From: Eledone cirrhosa
Taxonomy: Eukaryota
Assembly (NCBI GenBank): GCA_964016885.1
Contig: OZ024743.1
Span: forward strand, 217,248,001 to 217,312,000
DNA: 64,000 bases
Direction: 5' to 3'
Shown here: in pieces, positions 29,347-44,515 of the stretch
Layout of the letters: every line of letters starts with the position of its first letter
Position numbering within the stretch: position 1 is the stretch's first letter
Made by a program: the position numbers and the translations under genes
Notes under the pieces: generated by a model
Seen by the model: the letters and a program-made list of their open reading frames with translations, nothing else
Database searches by the model: none
Told to the model about the DNA's origin: nothing

Positions 29347-30104
29347 ATATATATATGCATAGGCGTGTGTATCGCATAAATATATGTACATAATCTTTTT
29401 AACTCACCAAAGTTTGATGAATGTAGCGGATTAAGTGATATTGATATATTGTATTCACTTTCATCACGCAAATGCTCTAGCATTTCTGTGTTCTTTACAT
29501 AAGGAATGAAAGTATAAAATACTATTTCTCTTTCCACTACCAGTAATATATCCTTATTTCTCTTTTGTGTTATATACGCTGCCCTTTGTATATCTCGTTT
29601 ACTACTCTCATTCCCTGTCTTTATTTCACATTTCAATGTACCATATTAGTATTTTACTTTTTTTCCCTTTCTTCATAAACCTGCTTCCATGGTTCTTTAG
29701 AAATAAAAAAAAATGCCTGCTCTATAGTATTTACCTTTTTGCATCTTCACCCAACTCCTATTGCGTTAGCCTCTCTGCCACTTCCTCTTACGTCATTCTC
29801 TCTCTCTCGGTCCTTCTCCCGCTGTTTCTCATAGATATAATAAAATATCGTCACATCTAACAAATAATTTATTGTTAGTTCACCCAACGCCGGTATCAAA
29901 GAATTCTTCCATTTTTACAGCTCTTATGAATCGAACATTTGTTTATTCCCTCTAATATTAAAATAACTAACAATCAACCTATGACCGCATTGATTATTTT
30001 CGATTTCCAACGTGGTCTATTTTTATTTCATCAGCATTTCACTTCCTACATCAAACTCGTTTAAGTCATAAGAAATATATTTAGGCAATTACAATCCATC
30101 CAAA

Positions 30105-30723
<619 letters not shown>

Positions 30724-31607
30724 AAAACAGGGAGTAAGAGACGATTATTAGGAAGGGAAAAATATATTTGTTTCCTTTTTTATTTATTTCTCTCTTTTTC
30801 TGGGTTAGATAATGATTAAAACGAAATGTTTTACTTTGTGTTAAGTGTTAAGGTATTAGTTGATTTATTTATTATTTAACAATGGCATTTATTTATCTAT
30901 TTATATATTTAATAATTGTCTATTACCGGTTTCAGCATGTTTATGCATTATCGAATGATAGTGATATGTATTAGTGTGGTGTCGCACGGGGTCGATAAAA
31001 TGAAGTACCAGTAATACACTGGGATAATTGCTGGCCTTGTGCCAAAAGTAAAAACAATTATTATATATATTGTGGAGTTAGTAGCTAAATTTGATGTAGA
31101 TAAGCTGGCGTGCCAATAACTTGGAGAGACTTGATAGGGAAGCAGACGCCTAGCAACTATATATGTGACAGAAAGTTTGTAAACCTTGTGATATAGGAAA
31201 TCATACATTGTTTTCTTAAATATTTGTCCTCCAATCATTACATTGACTAGCAGAAAAACCACCATTCGGGTGGTTTTCTGCTATCATGTGTGGTGTGCAT
31301 ATTGATATTATATGCAAATATACATGCATGTAGTTATGATACGTCAAATAAAATCGTAATTGACAATATGCTCTGTTCTGTAATCAGTAAAGTAATACAT
31401 GATACATTTAAAAAAAGATAATATTACATATAAATTGCATTACGGTGAAATGTTATGAAAACGAAAAAGGAGAAAATTAGTGACAGAAATATAAACGTTC
31501 TATAACGATGCAAATATATGAACGTTTATATAAGCGATATAATTTAGCGTCCGTTATATCATAACCGGAAGTATTGACATTTGAAAATTTTAAAGAAGTG
31601 AATCTTA

Positions 31608-31790
31608 AATGGCAGTATCGATAGATAGTCGGACATGCTTTCCAGCATAGTTACGTCCCCTTACGATCTGAGTTCAAATCCTGCCGAAGTTAACTTTGCC
31701 TTTCATCCTTACGGGGTCGATAAAATAAAGTACCAGTAATGTACTGGGTAATTGCTGGCCTTGTGCTTAATGTAGAAACAATTATTATTT
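31608..31790 (+). mobile_element. tRNA-derived SINE with Nin/Deu-like core
   Basis: gagttcaaatcc B-box plus actttgcctttcatccttacggggtcgataaaataaagtaccagt and an (att)n tail. A partial copy lies at 30986-31065. Confidence 0.75.
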
Positions 31791-32335
31791 AAGAATATTT
31801 ATGTTTAATCAACAGCTACCAAATCTAGTACATACATTATGAAATATTCATTCGTTTTTATTCAAAGTAATCCAACCTATTTTTCTAACAGGATGAAAAA
31901 TGTTATTCAAGACCCGCACTCCTCCCTTTATCATATTATGAGGTCTCACTGACTTCGTATGTTGAAGACAGACAGATATAATAATAGAAAGTCAAATGTT
32001 ATTTTCAATTAAATGATCTACCATTATGAAATTCTATTTTCATATTAAAGTTTAGCTGAGAGTTATGTTTTAATTTGTTTTTCAAGAGACTAATTAATTT
32101 CTCATACTTTGCACAATACACAAGCAATTGTTTGCAGTCATCTCAATGATGTGCCACTCTTGTTTGTTATTGACAAAACCTGTCCGTCTCTTCCTCCTTT
32201 CTCTCTTTGGGTTTTCCAATTTCTCTCTCCTTTTCATTCACCCTTCTATATCGATATTGCAGTTTCCATCCCCATCTCCCCTTCTGTCTCTTCATACACA
32301 CACATTTATATCTATTAATCTATATATGTCTAGGC

Positions 32336-32610
32336 TAGGGCGGGTAAAATTCCCGAGATCCATGGACGAGTTCTCTCCAGCGGTCTCTGTCCCCTATTAT
32401 CGCTGCCATGTCCTGTGTCTCCAACAGACCAGTGTCTGTCCTTAGGACATCAACATATCTTAACCTCGGTCTTCCTCTTCCAGTGTGTCAATGCAGGGTC
32501 TCCCACAGGAGCACTGAGTGCAGTGTCAACTCTGGATGTCGGTGAGCATGTCCAGCTAACCTCAGTTTCCTCTGTGACATTCTCGTACACCTCTGAGTTC
32601 TTAATCCTCA

Positions 32611-32611
<1 letters not shown>
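32336..32611 (-). mobile_element. 5'-truncated RTE 3' end (same family as 987-1935)
   Basis: Reverse complement of about 1630-1928 with an internal deletion; it abuts (TA)n. Confidence 0.85.
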
Positions 32612-32693
<82 letters not shown>

Positions 32694-33524
32694 GTCTCTC
32701 AGAGTTTTCTTTCGTCATACACCTCATCAGTGATATTATTATGGCTCATCTGTACATTTATTTTATTTTACTGCTTCTCTCTCCTCTATGCATCATTTTT
32801 CTTGATTGGGTTCTTTACACACCCTTAAATACATGTTGATACATTTGTCAATTCTGATGGGCAAACATTCTCTTTTTATGTCGATGTTTACCTTTCAATT
32901 AATGCATTATTTTCCCGCATTTTAGTTCTGCATTTTCTATTTTATTGTCGACGAATTTTAAAAAAAACATTACTTTTTTGCAATCTTTAGTTTCTTTTTG
33001 GTTCCTCCATTACTTCTATAAATTAACAGCGTGAATGTTGCTATCGGTTTTCTGTTCTTATCTGTTTGGAATGTTACCGTATGACTTATATATTCTTTTA
33101 CTACCCTTATCTCTTTTGGAGTGTTTATTTCCTAGAAAACAAAATTGTTTGAATTGATATCGGGTATCTGGCTAGGGACATTTATATCTACATTGATTCT
33201 GAAAGAATTCACTTGCGTTGAAAAAGAAACAGGTAATCATATCCGTTGCTGTATATTCTACTTTTACTTTTCTCTCTCCCTCAATTTCTCCATCTCTCTC
33301 TCTCTCCCTCTCTCTCCCACACTCTCTTTCTCGCTCTCTCTCAACCTCTCTCTCAGAGGTTTATCAGGTTGGAGTTCATCCTGGATTTCTTTGGGGTTAC
33401 CTGATTGAAAGCGCAAGAGAAACATATATTCAATCCTAGAATTACACCCCATCTGATTTAATTCGCAAATCCAAGCCATAACTTTAAGATCAGGTATCAA
33501 ATTCTCTAACCGCTGAGCTGCATG

Positions 33525-33623
<99 letters not shown>

Positions 33624-33872
33624 ACGTCAGTGCGCGCGCGCACACGCGCGTGCGTGTGAAACATGTACAACTTCCAAAATAGAAATTAAAGGACAACTAA
33701 CCATGAAATTATTTTAACGTCTTAACACCCATTCAAAAACCTGTAACATGAACACAACCAAACAAAGAACCTTTATGCTTGACATTATTGGATTTTGTGT
33801 TTTGTAATATAAACTGCATTTTTTACGTCTCTTCCGAGATAAAGACGGAGAATTTGTGTTAACCTCAGTATT

Positions 33873-33991
<119 letters not shown>

Positions 33992-35054
33992 ATTTCTCAT
34001 TTCATAAAATAAATCTTTTGCTCGTACTAACGATAAAACTCCTGTTTAGTCTTATACTCTGCAAATAGCAACTCTATCTTCATCGAACAACATTCTAAAT
34101 ATCGGGGGTTGTTTTTAGGTATATATAAGAACGACTTAAATAATGGCCTAAAGGGATAATATATTGGATAATGAATGTCGTGCAATATATCTTTAAAGCA
34201 GTATTAAATTCTTAGCTGCATCGTTATTCATCATGTCTCTGTTCTATCTACAGTAATCTAAAACTTATACAACATCCGTTATTTTCCGCTTTTACTAAAT
34301 TACCCTGCTGAAGATATTTTGTTGTTTTGTCTGAATGAGTGATCAGCCAGACATTCATAAAATGAAATGCCTACTACCAAAATCTTATTTTCATGCAAAG
34401 ATTGATAACTTTATTGTTTAATGCGAGGCCAAAGTAATATTTAGTAGGCCTGTGTTCCTTCCTTTTCTATTTCATCATTATCAATATTTCTTTCATATCA
34501 ATTGAAATTAATAATTATGTGTCGATTAAAGGAGAATAATCGTGAAAGGAACAAAATGCTTTCTGATACAGAGTGGATAATTCTCTATTATAATGTTCAA
34601 ATATTTAGTGTTCAGAACTGACACGGACAAAGTCATTAAATTGAACACTGTAATATACTTTGGTCAATCAAATTGCCTCTAAGTAATTGGACTTCTGGAA
34701 TGAAAGATGGGGTTAGACATTAGACATTTGTTTTTTTTTTCTTGTTTTGACACACAATATATTTTAAAATGAGAATATATAATTCATTTCATCGATCACA
34801 AAAATAAATGAGGAATTAAGTGGCTATCGAGGGAAAGTTAAATCACGCCAAAGATATATATTTATACATACATAAATACATACATACATATAAACACACA
34901 CACAAACACACACACTTATATATATATATATATATGTTATGAATATATGTATATATATATATGTATATATATATATATGTATGTATATATGTGTATATGT
35001 ATATATATATGTGTATATATATATATGTATGTAAATATGTATATATATATATTA

Positions 35055-35663
35055 TGTCAGGTCACCATTTGGTGCTACTGGTAACATGTATCCCAGTACA
35101 ACCTGTCTCATGGTCGGGTCGTTGGCGACTAAACTGGCAACCCCACCAAGGTTTCTTGGTGAGGAGGGTGACTTTGGACATCTTGCAGGACTAAAAACAA
35201 AACCTGTCAAAGGGCAAAGGAGCTCTTAAGAGTCAATGGCGATCCAAAATCACCGGGAGAGATGACCCCTTAGCCTTTGTGAAGGCAGAATTCTAGGAGA
35301 AGGAAAACTCTGATATAACACCTGCAACCCTGGTGGTATCCAATGATGTGGACTTGTTCTTCTTTTTGGTAAATATCATCTTGGTTAAGAGAGTGGGACT
35401 GGCTTTGTGCAGTGCCTTTGCTCACTATAAAAGCTTCACGGCACAGGCATTGCTTTATATCTGGAGATCTCTCTGCACTTGTCGTCACATGGTACCATAG
35501 GCCCAGCACTATGTTCAATAATTGTCACAGTTGTAGTGTTTGTACCAGAGTTTTCAAGTCCCTAGATGGACTAAAAAGTCACACTCATTCAGCGTATCGG
35601 TAGGGGTTCTCCTACATGGATATAAAGTAGTGGCCGTACTCGAAAACGAGTTGGCAGCCACCA
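35055..35663 (+). mobile_element. Non-autonomous internally deleted RTE derivative
   Basis: An RTE-like 5'UTR joined to a C-terminal C2H2-like remnant (CSVCTRVFKSLDGLKSHTHS) and a 3' end; homologous to 8436-8948. Confidence 0.7.
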
Positions 35664-36131
35664 TATATATATATATATATATATATACATACACGAGAAT
35701 TTATAACGATTCAATTGCATAGACTGTGTTGTACAAAACACATTCGTCTATAACGAAGGGAATATTATTAGGTATATAATAACATTTTCTCATGAAGTAC
35801 CAAGAAATAAATTTCTGATTTCTGTTAAAGATTTCAGAGATCATTTTATTCCGAGGTGTCGAAACATGAAATCATGTATGTCTATAATTCCGATTTCAAA
35901 ATTGAAGAGAATCGTGATTTATTGAGAATCGTGATTTATCGTAAGTGTGTGGAACGGAAACCGCTAGAAGTTAGTATACAACAAATCTTGAATGCAAGAC
36001 ACGTCTAACTTCAACGAAACATTGACTATCAACTGAGAATGTTATTGGTATCACCAGTCAGCTAGTGCATCTGAGGCTTAAGACATTACTTATACATGAT
36101 GTTTAATAACACACTGCTACATTCCCCACCC

Positions 36132-36221
<90 letters not shown>

Positions 36222-36429
36222 TAAACAAATAATGAATAAACAATTCCTTATATTAAACAAAAAAAGTTCATTATTTAACGATCGTTTCTAGGATATATAT
36301 GTGTTAGAATTGGTATGCATATTCAACAGATCTATGTACAAAATTATACAAAATTATACAAATTATCAAGATTAAATATACATACCAAATATACATACCA
36401 AGCCTTTCAGAAATTGAAAAAAACAAAAA

Positions 36430-37771
36430 ACAAATTAGAACTTTCCTTAAAGACTATTATAATCTTAATATTACTTTTGAAAAAACAAGTAAAGTAGTAA
36501 ATTTCCTAGATATAACTTTAGATTTAGCTACGGGTATCTACCAACCTTACCATAAACCTAACCAAAACTTACATTACATACACTCACAATCTAATCACCC
36601 TAAATCTATCCTTAAAAACCTTGCATATAATATATCACTTAGAATTTCTAACCTTTCTTCTAACCAAGATGTATTTGATAAAAATGCGACCTTCTATAAC
36701 GAAGCTCTAGATAGAAGTGGCCACAAAAATAGATTAGAGTATATACCTTCTACTAAAAATACTGAAAGCATACAACATAATATTACCAACAAACACCAAA
36801 TGAAAAGTACACACCTAAATGCCACCCATACTATACCCCAAAATACCAAATCCTCTAATATAAAGTATAGTAACTCTCAAAAAACTACTCATCATACAAC
36901 TCTAATAAATATTAATAATAAAACTCCTAATAAAAAGGATAAAACACCTAAATCTACAAATATAACTAAAAATAGTTGTGGTGAGATCATTAACATTAAT
37001 CCTCCTAGTAAAAATCACGATACAACCTATAAAAATAATAAAAATAATAAACAACATAGAAACCGTAATAGACGGGTTACTTGGTATAATGCTCCTTTTA
37101 ATTTACAAGTTAAGGATAATATTGTTAAAAAATTTGTTTATATCCTTGAGAAAAACTTCCCGCCAAACCACAAATACCATCAAATCTTAAATAGGTCTAC
37201 AGTTAAATTCTCATACTCTACAACAAATAACATAAAACAAAATATAAGTGCATATAATGCATATAAATGTAAGAAAACCATAAGTATACCACCAGTACAT
37301 CAAATTAACCATAATATCTCCTCAAATACAGAATTAACGAAAGGATGTAACTGTAGAAACAAAGCAAACTGCCCATTAAAAGGGAATTGTCTTGTTAACA
37401 ACATAGTCTATAAATGTAATGTTAAAACTAAAGATTCTATTTGCTCATATATAGGAGCTACCTCTAACAATTTTAAGACAAGGTTTAATACCCACAAGCA
37501 TTTTTTTAAAAATGCCGCACTGGCTAATACAACATCTCTAGCAGAAAAAATCAATAGTTATAAAAATAAGAATATAAAATATGATTTGACCTGGAGTGTG
37601 CTCAAAAGAGCCACCCCTTATCAAAATAATAGAAATGAATGTAGATTATGTTCCCAAGAACTATTTGAAATAATGAAGTCTAAGGATATCTTATTAAATA
37701 AACGACAGGAATTAATTATATCGTGTAATCATAAACTAAAAAAAACATTTAAATATTATAAACCTAATTAA
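36430..37771 (+). CDS. PLE ORF C-terminal part: RT thumb plus GIY-YIG endonuclease (5'-truncated)
   Basis: The frame is open upstream of the annotated ATG (VNFLDITLDL, YHKPN, YIHSQSNHP). It continues through WYNAPF, CNCRNKANCPLKGNCL, IVY...YIG..SNNFKTR..H, CRLC and LNKRQE...C.H. Confidence 0.88.
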
Positions 37772-38224
37772 TAACATTATTTTAGAAATTAATTTAATTT
37801 AAATGTTAGTTAACCTATAAATTTAATTTAATTAAAATTTTATTACAGATGAGAATATAAAATATTATGTAATCATAAATTGTGAAAAACCTTTAAATAT
37901 CACTAATATATACTTAGTAATTTAATTTATAGATTAATTTTAATTTATTTAAACCTTTTATTATAATTCTTTTACAGATAAAATATAACAAAATAATATC
38001 GTGTATCCAATGACTGAGAAATAATTTTTAGTATTATAGACCTAATTAATATACATTTTAGAAATAAATTTATAATTTGGTTTTAGTTTTAATCAACCTA
38101 AAAATTTAATTTTAATTTGCTTAAAATTAGTATCCTTATACAGACGAATTGCAGAATGTCATGTAATCATAGAATGGGATGTGTTTTGGATATATACCTA
38201 GTTAATATATTCTATGCAATTTTT

Positions 38225-39429
38225 TGAAAAAGATATGTATATGTATATGTGTATGTGTATGTGTGTGTGTATGTATATGTGTATATATGTGTATATATAT
38301 ATATATATGTGTGTATGTATATGTATATGTGTATGTGTATGTATATGTATATGTATGCGTATTAATTTTGATTTCTATTTGCATATAATTATATTATGCT
38401 ATTGATGAAATACAATATCTGCTTTATGTATTGTATACCTAATTAACATATACTATAGAAATAATTATATAATTTTTAATTTAGTTAACCTATAATTTAT
38501 ATTCTACTACCGATGTAATACTTTATTTTATTTGTGTTTTTTTTCCCTATTACTAAATTCATTTCCTAATATTGATACCATAACGTTATTAACTTTAATT
38601 TAGTTATACTGTAATTAATACTCTACTACTATTTAACTTCAAAATTCTGCTTCAAATATTATAAACCTAACTAATTTACACCTTAGAAATCAATATGTTA
38701 ACTATCTTTGGTTTAGTTAACATATGATTAATGGTATACTTGTTTATTTTGAGATGCATAGATTTTGCCTTAGTTCTTGTTTGTTGTATTTCCTAACACT
38801 GAAAATATGTAAAAACATACATTGGATAAAGATACGGAAAATATTCTATGTTTCTTGAAACATATATTTACTTTGATCCCCTTCTCCAAACCCCCCCTTT
38901 CCCCCATACTATTATCATCTGTATTTGTAAGCGTCTATGTATGAATATATATGTAGGTAGGTGTCTATATAGGTTTGGGTATTTATATCTAAATATAAAA
39001 ATACATATATGCGCATGCAAATATGAATGTAAGATTGGGTGTGTATATATGAGTGTGTGTATGTATGTATATATGTGTATATATGCATGTATATATGTAT
39101 GTGTATGTGAATGTGTGTACGTATATGTGTATGTATGTGTATATATGTGTATATATATGTATATATGTATATATAGGAATATATATATGTATATATATAT
39201 GTATATGTATATGCGTGTGTATGTATGTGTGTGTATGTGTGTTGTATATATATGTATGTCTCTCTATTTATATGTCTATCTTTGTATCTATGTGATATAT
39301 GTGTGTGTGTGTGCATGTATGCACATATATGTGTTTATGTGTATATATGTATATGTGTGTATATATGTGTGTGTGCACACACACATATATATATATATGT
39401 GAGTGTGTATATGTGTCTGTGTATATGTA

Positions 39430-39473
<44 letters not shown>

Positions 39474-39564
39474 TGTCTATGTGTGAATATATGTCTATAT
39501 TCGTATGTGTGTATATATGTATGTATATGTTTATATGTATATATATATATATATGTATGTATGT

Positions 39565-39599
<35 letters not shown>

Positions 39600-39853
39600 A
39601 TTTTTTTTATTATTATAATATAACTTATGTGTATGTGTGTATAAGTGAGGTTGTGTATGTGTATATAATATGTGTATATATAAGTGTAAAAAAATATATA
39701 TATATGTGCATGTCTGTTTTTTATGTGTGTGTATATATATATATATATATACGTGTGTATATATATGTATATGTGGGTGTTTGTATGTGTATTTATGGTG
39801 GTATGAGTGTGTGGGTATCTATGTATATATATATATATATGTATGAGTGTATG

Positions 39854-39915
<62 letters not shown>

Positions 39916-40287
39916 TGTGTATGTATGTGTGTATATATATATCTCTATTAATGCGTGTGTGTATGTATATACATATGCCTTTTTATTATTATTTTTATTT
40001 GTATGTCTGTGGTAGGTGAGGTTGTAGTGGTTTTTATGTATATACGCATATATGGATGCGTATGTATTTGTATATATGAGTATAAGTAAGTGCATATGTA
40101 TGTATGATTATATATCTAATTCTATGTATGAATATGCATGTATATATATGTGTGTATGTAAATTGTGTGTGTATGTATGTATATGTCTATGTGTGTATAT
40201 ATATATATATATGTATATCGATGTACGTATATGTATGTACATGTATGTCTATGTATGTGTGTATGTATGTGTATGTATATTTAGGTG

Positions 40288-40344
<57 letters not shown>

Positions 40345-40582
40345 ATACATATATGTATATATCTTTATTATTTATTTTTTATATATATGTGTATGTGTGT
40401 ATGTGTTGCATGTGTGTGTGTGTGTATATATATCTTTATATATGTGTATGTGTATGTTCGTGTAGGTGTATGTGTGTGTATGACTTTATATGTATGTGTG
40501 TATGTGTGTATGCGTAAATATTTCTATGTGTGTGTACATGTATGTATGTGTATATATCTGTATGTGTGTGTATGTGTATTTG

Positions 40583-40622
<40 letters not shown>

Positions 40623-40645
40623 ATATATATATATGTATATGTATA

Positions 40646-40684
<39 letters not shown>

Positions 40685-40998
40685 ATATGTTTTTCTATTT
40701 GTATATGTATGTGAGTATAGGTATATACCTTTCTCTTTGTATTTCTAAGTTGTGTGATAGTGTAGTGGTGTTTGTATGTATATACCGATATATAGATGCG
40801 TAAGTATTTGTCTGTATGTATATATGTAAGTCTGTATATATTTGTGTGTATATATAGCTATGTATGTGTATATCTGTATGTATATTAGTATGTAAGTGTT
40901 GTATATGTGCATGTATGTGTGTGGTTATATATATCTGTGTCTATATAGTATGTGTGATTATATGTATATGTGTGTGTATATGTACGTGTATGTACATA

Positions 40999-41047
<49 letters not shown>

Positions 41048-41251
41048 ATATATATATGTATGTGTATTTGTATGTATATGTGTATATGTATGTATGTGTG
41101 TATATGTATATGTTTATATATGTGTGTGTATGTATGTTCTTAGTGTGGATGTGTGTATATGTATGTATGTGTTTATATATGTGTGTATATTTATGTATGG
41201 ATGTGTGTGTGTCTATGTGTATATATATGTATGTTTTTATATATATATATA

Positions 41252-41294
<43 letters not shown>

Positions 41295-41330
41295 ATATAT
41301 GTGTATATATATATATATTTATTTTCTTGA
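38225..41330. repeat. About 3-kb region largely of degenerate (TA/TG) microsatellite, interrupted by ~0.5 kb of AT-rich sequence, inside the PLE 3'UTR
   Basis: Directly visible; it lies between the ORF stop and the pLTR. Confidence 0.85.
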
Positions 41331-41978
41331 TATATTTCTTTTTTCTTTTTTCTTTTTTCTTTTTTCTGTTTTTCTTTCTATTCTTTCCTCTTTAATGTTT
41401 TATTTATTATATTTTATTTTTTTATTTTTCTTAGTTTATAGATACATTTATATTAGGCAGTCTGCTCAGACCGTTGAATACTGACCCCTCCCCCCCCCTC
41501 CCACCTAATTTCTGTATCTTGATCTAAAAATGTGTGTGCCAGTGTTTTATGTGAGTGAATTAATATCCATGTGCTTATGATTTTATATCCACATATATAA
41601 ATGTGAGTGGGGGTGTGTGTGTGTTTGTATGTTCGTGGTTATGTGTATATTTATGCATATACGCGCGTGTATGTGTGATTGTACGGATATGTGTGAGTAT
41701 GAAAAAATATATTTATATACTTAACTTCATAAGTGTCAATACGCATCTTATCTGCGCATTATAAACTTACAGAGACATTAACCTTGAAATTTTGTATTTG
41801 CATCCATCCTTTTAGTATGCGTATACAAATTATACATACATTTTTGTAAAATATGTGTAAGGGTTTTACATGTATATACACACACCGAACTGCATTTAAC
41901 CCTTTGTGTTTTCATTGGTCAATTTTGTTCCCAAACGGACCTGAAATTTTGAATTGTTGTTATTATCAATAAATATAC

Positions 41979-42133
41979 TTCATTATTTCTGAAGACGGCG
42001 TATATATGTGTTTGGTATGTATATTTAATCTTGATAATTTGTATAATTTTGTATAATTTTGTACATAGATCTGTTGAATATGCATACCAATTCTAACACA
42101 TATATATCCTAGAAACGATCGTTAAATAATGAA
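41979..42133 (+). ncRNA. Type I hammerhead ribozyme in the PLE pLTR with very long stem II
   Basis: ttcattattt-CTGAAGA-[~115 nt, with tatatatgtg/cacatatata and tggtatg/catacca pairing]-GAAAC-gatc-GTT-aaataatgaa; stem I is 10 bp. Confidence 0.75.
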
Positions 42134-42318
42134 CTTTTTTTGTTTAATATAAGGAATTGTTTATTCATTATTTGTTTAATATTTTATCTTGACTCTGTAT
42201 ACCGTTTATCTTTCACCGAAAGTGGTTTTTCATTACATCTCTTCTTTCCATGATATCCGGAATACATTGAGTTCTTCATACGGATTGGACACTACCGTAA
42301 ACTCTTGGTAGATTTATC

Positions 42319-42389
<71 letters not shown>

Positions 42390-42477
42390 TATGTATATAT
42401 ACATATATATGTATCTCTATCTATCTACACACATAGACATATATATATAGACATTTGTATATGTGTGTGACTGTAAA

Positions 42478-42519
<42 letters not shown>

Positions 42520-42522
<3 letters not shown>

Positions 42523-43273
42523 TAAAGGTAGTCCTTCATCAGTGTTCTTTCAACCATCATTGGTATTTAATCGCTTTAGAGACCATATACCTCCGGTTGG
42601 TGCGAGCAACGGCTAAAGAAAGTCGTTGGGACACGTAAATAAGGGGAACGTAAACAAAGATGGTAAAGCAACGTAAACAAAGATGGTAAAGCAACGAAAA
42701 GTGAGGAAGAAAGAGTCAAGTCCGAGATTTCCATGAATATAAGTTCGGTGAAATCGTGAACGAGAGAGAATAAAGACCATCAAACCTAGTCGAAATGTGA
42801 GCAAGGAAGGAATTCCGCACAGGTCAAACGGGAGGAAGAGGGAGTCCCGTCCGTGAATTCGGTGAACATAAGTTCTGTGAAATCGTAGACGAGACAAAAG
42901 GGGAACCAGCCTGGTCAAGCGTGCGAGAGAAAAGAATTACGCACAGGTTAAACGGGAGGAAGTACGAGAGGTAGTAGCAGAGAGTGAGTGAATGAAGGGT
43001 GAGGAAGAGGCTAACAGAGAGAGTGACTGTAAGAGAGGGTAAAGATACAGAGAAAGAGGAAGGTGTAAGAACGAAATAGACGCGTCACAGCGGGGGAAAA
43101 TGTATGTGTGAATATGAGAACAAACGTGCTGCGTGGTTGCAAATGGGTTACATACGAATAAAGTTAGTCCTTCATCAGTGATCTTCTAACCATCATTGGT
43201 ATTTCATCGCTTTAAAGACCATATACCACCGGTTGGTGCGAGCAACGGCTAAAGAAAGTCGTTGGGACACATA

Positions 43274-43278
<5 letters not shown>
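42520..43278. mobile_element. Unclassified element with about 120-bp direct terminal repeats (period 637 bp) in (TA)n
   Basis: 42520-42642 matches 43157-43278. There are internal short duplications, and CTGATGA is on the minus strand of the repeat. Confidence 0.55.
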
Positions 43279-43365
<87 letters not shown>

Positions 43366-43510
43366 AATAGAATTTCGCTTCAAGCATAGCTTTATACAAT
43401 ATGTATAAATATTTCGTATCTCCAAAGAAATACAGTTTTAGGAAGTCATAACTATGGAAACACCGGGAGCTAACGCCCTCTGGTGATGTCCAGCATAAGC
43501 AAGGGGGACA

Positions 43511-43554
43511 ACCGTCTATGCATTTCAGGCATAACTGGCCTTCGTCAGGAAGGT
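43511..43554 (-). ncRNA. Type I hammerhead ribozyme within a ~240-bp insert (43360-43600)
   Basis: Minus strand: accttc-CTGACGA-aggc cagttat gcct-GAAAT-gc-ATA-gacggt. Confidence 0.75.
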
Positions 43555-43758
43555 CCCTTCCACCGCTTGCGACTGCTGGACTAGAAGACACCTGAAAATA
43601 TATACTTTACGTATATATATATATATAAGCATGTATGTGTGTGTGAAGTTTACACGCACACACATATATAAATGTGTGTGTAGATAAATAGAGAGAGAGA
43701 GAAAGAGAGAGAGAGGGTGTGAGAGAGAGAGAAAGAGAGAGAGAGGGTGTGAGAGAGA

Positions 43759-43882
<124 letters not shown>

Positions 43883-44331
43883 TCTGTGTATGTGTGTGTG
43901 TGTATTTGTTTTCGTTTGATGTTTTCCCAGTAATAAGATAAATGTAAAATTCAAAGCTGATTCCCAAAGAGTTATTCTGAAAATGTTTTTTCCACCCTAT
44001 TGATTAAAGTAAATTTTATGAAAATAATAAAAAAAATTGAGAGAGCGAAAAATGGGTGAAAGAGAAGTCATATGACATATGAAAGCTTGACAACATGTAT
44101 TGCTCGGATTTCAAATTAGCTCAAAATCTGGTACTTTCCATTTAGTTCGTTAAGCAGTTATTGAAGCAGAACAGAGTGATTTAAAATCGAGAGATGACAT
44201 TTCGAGACAGCTGAAGCGAATGTCATTTGATCTAACCAAAACGACTTTCCCTCATACTAGTGAGTATACAGAAAGCTGTAGAATAAATAGTCTTACAGAA
44301 TTTGATTAATTTAAGTGGAGCGACAAATTTC

Positions 44332-44515
44332 TTAATAATTGTTTCTACTTTTGGCACAAGGCTAGCAATTACTCCAGTACTTTATTTCATCGACCCTGTA
44401 AGGATGAAAGGCAAAGTTAACCTCGGCGGAGTTTGAACTCAGATCATAAGGGGACGTAACTATATGCTGCATAGCATAGTGTCCGACATTTTCCAGATAC
44501 TGCCAATCCACTCCT
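44332..44515 (-). mobile_element. tRNA-derived SINE
   Basis: Reverse complement of the 31608-31790 family. Confidence 0.75.

Larger units (their letters stand above)
36213..42320 (+). mobile_element. 5'-truncated Penelope-like element (Naiad-type) with inverted pLTR at its 5' end
   Basis: 36213-36389 is the reverse complement of 42010-42188. It contains an RT-thumb/GIY-YIG ORF, a hammerhead in the pLTR and (TA)n flanks. Confidence 0.85.
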
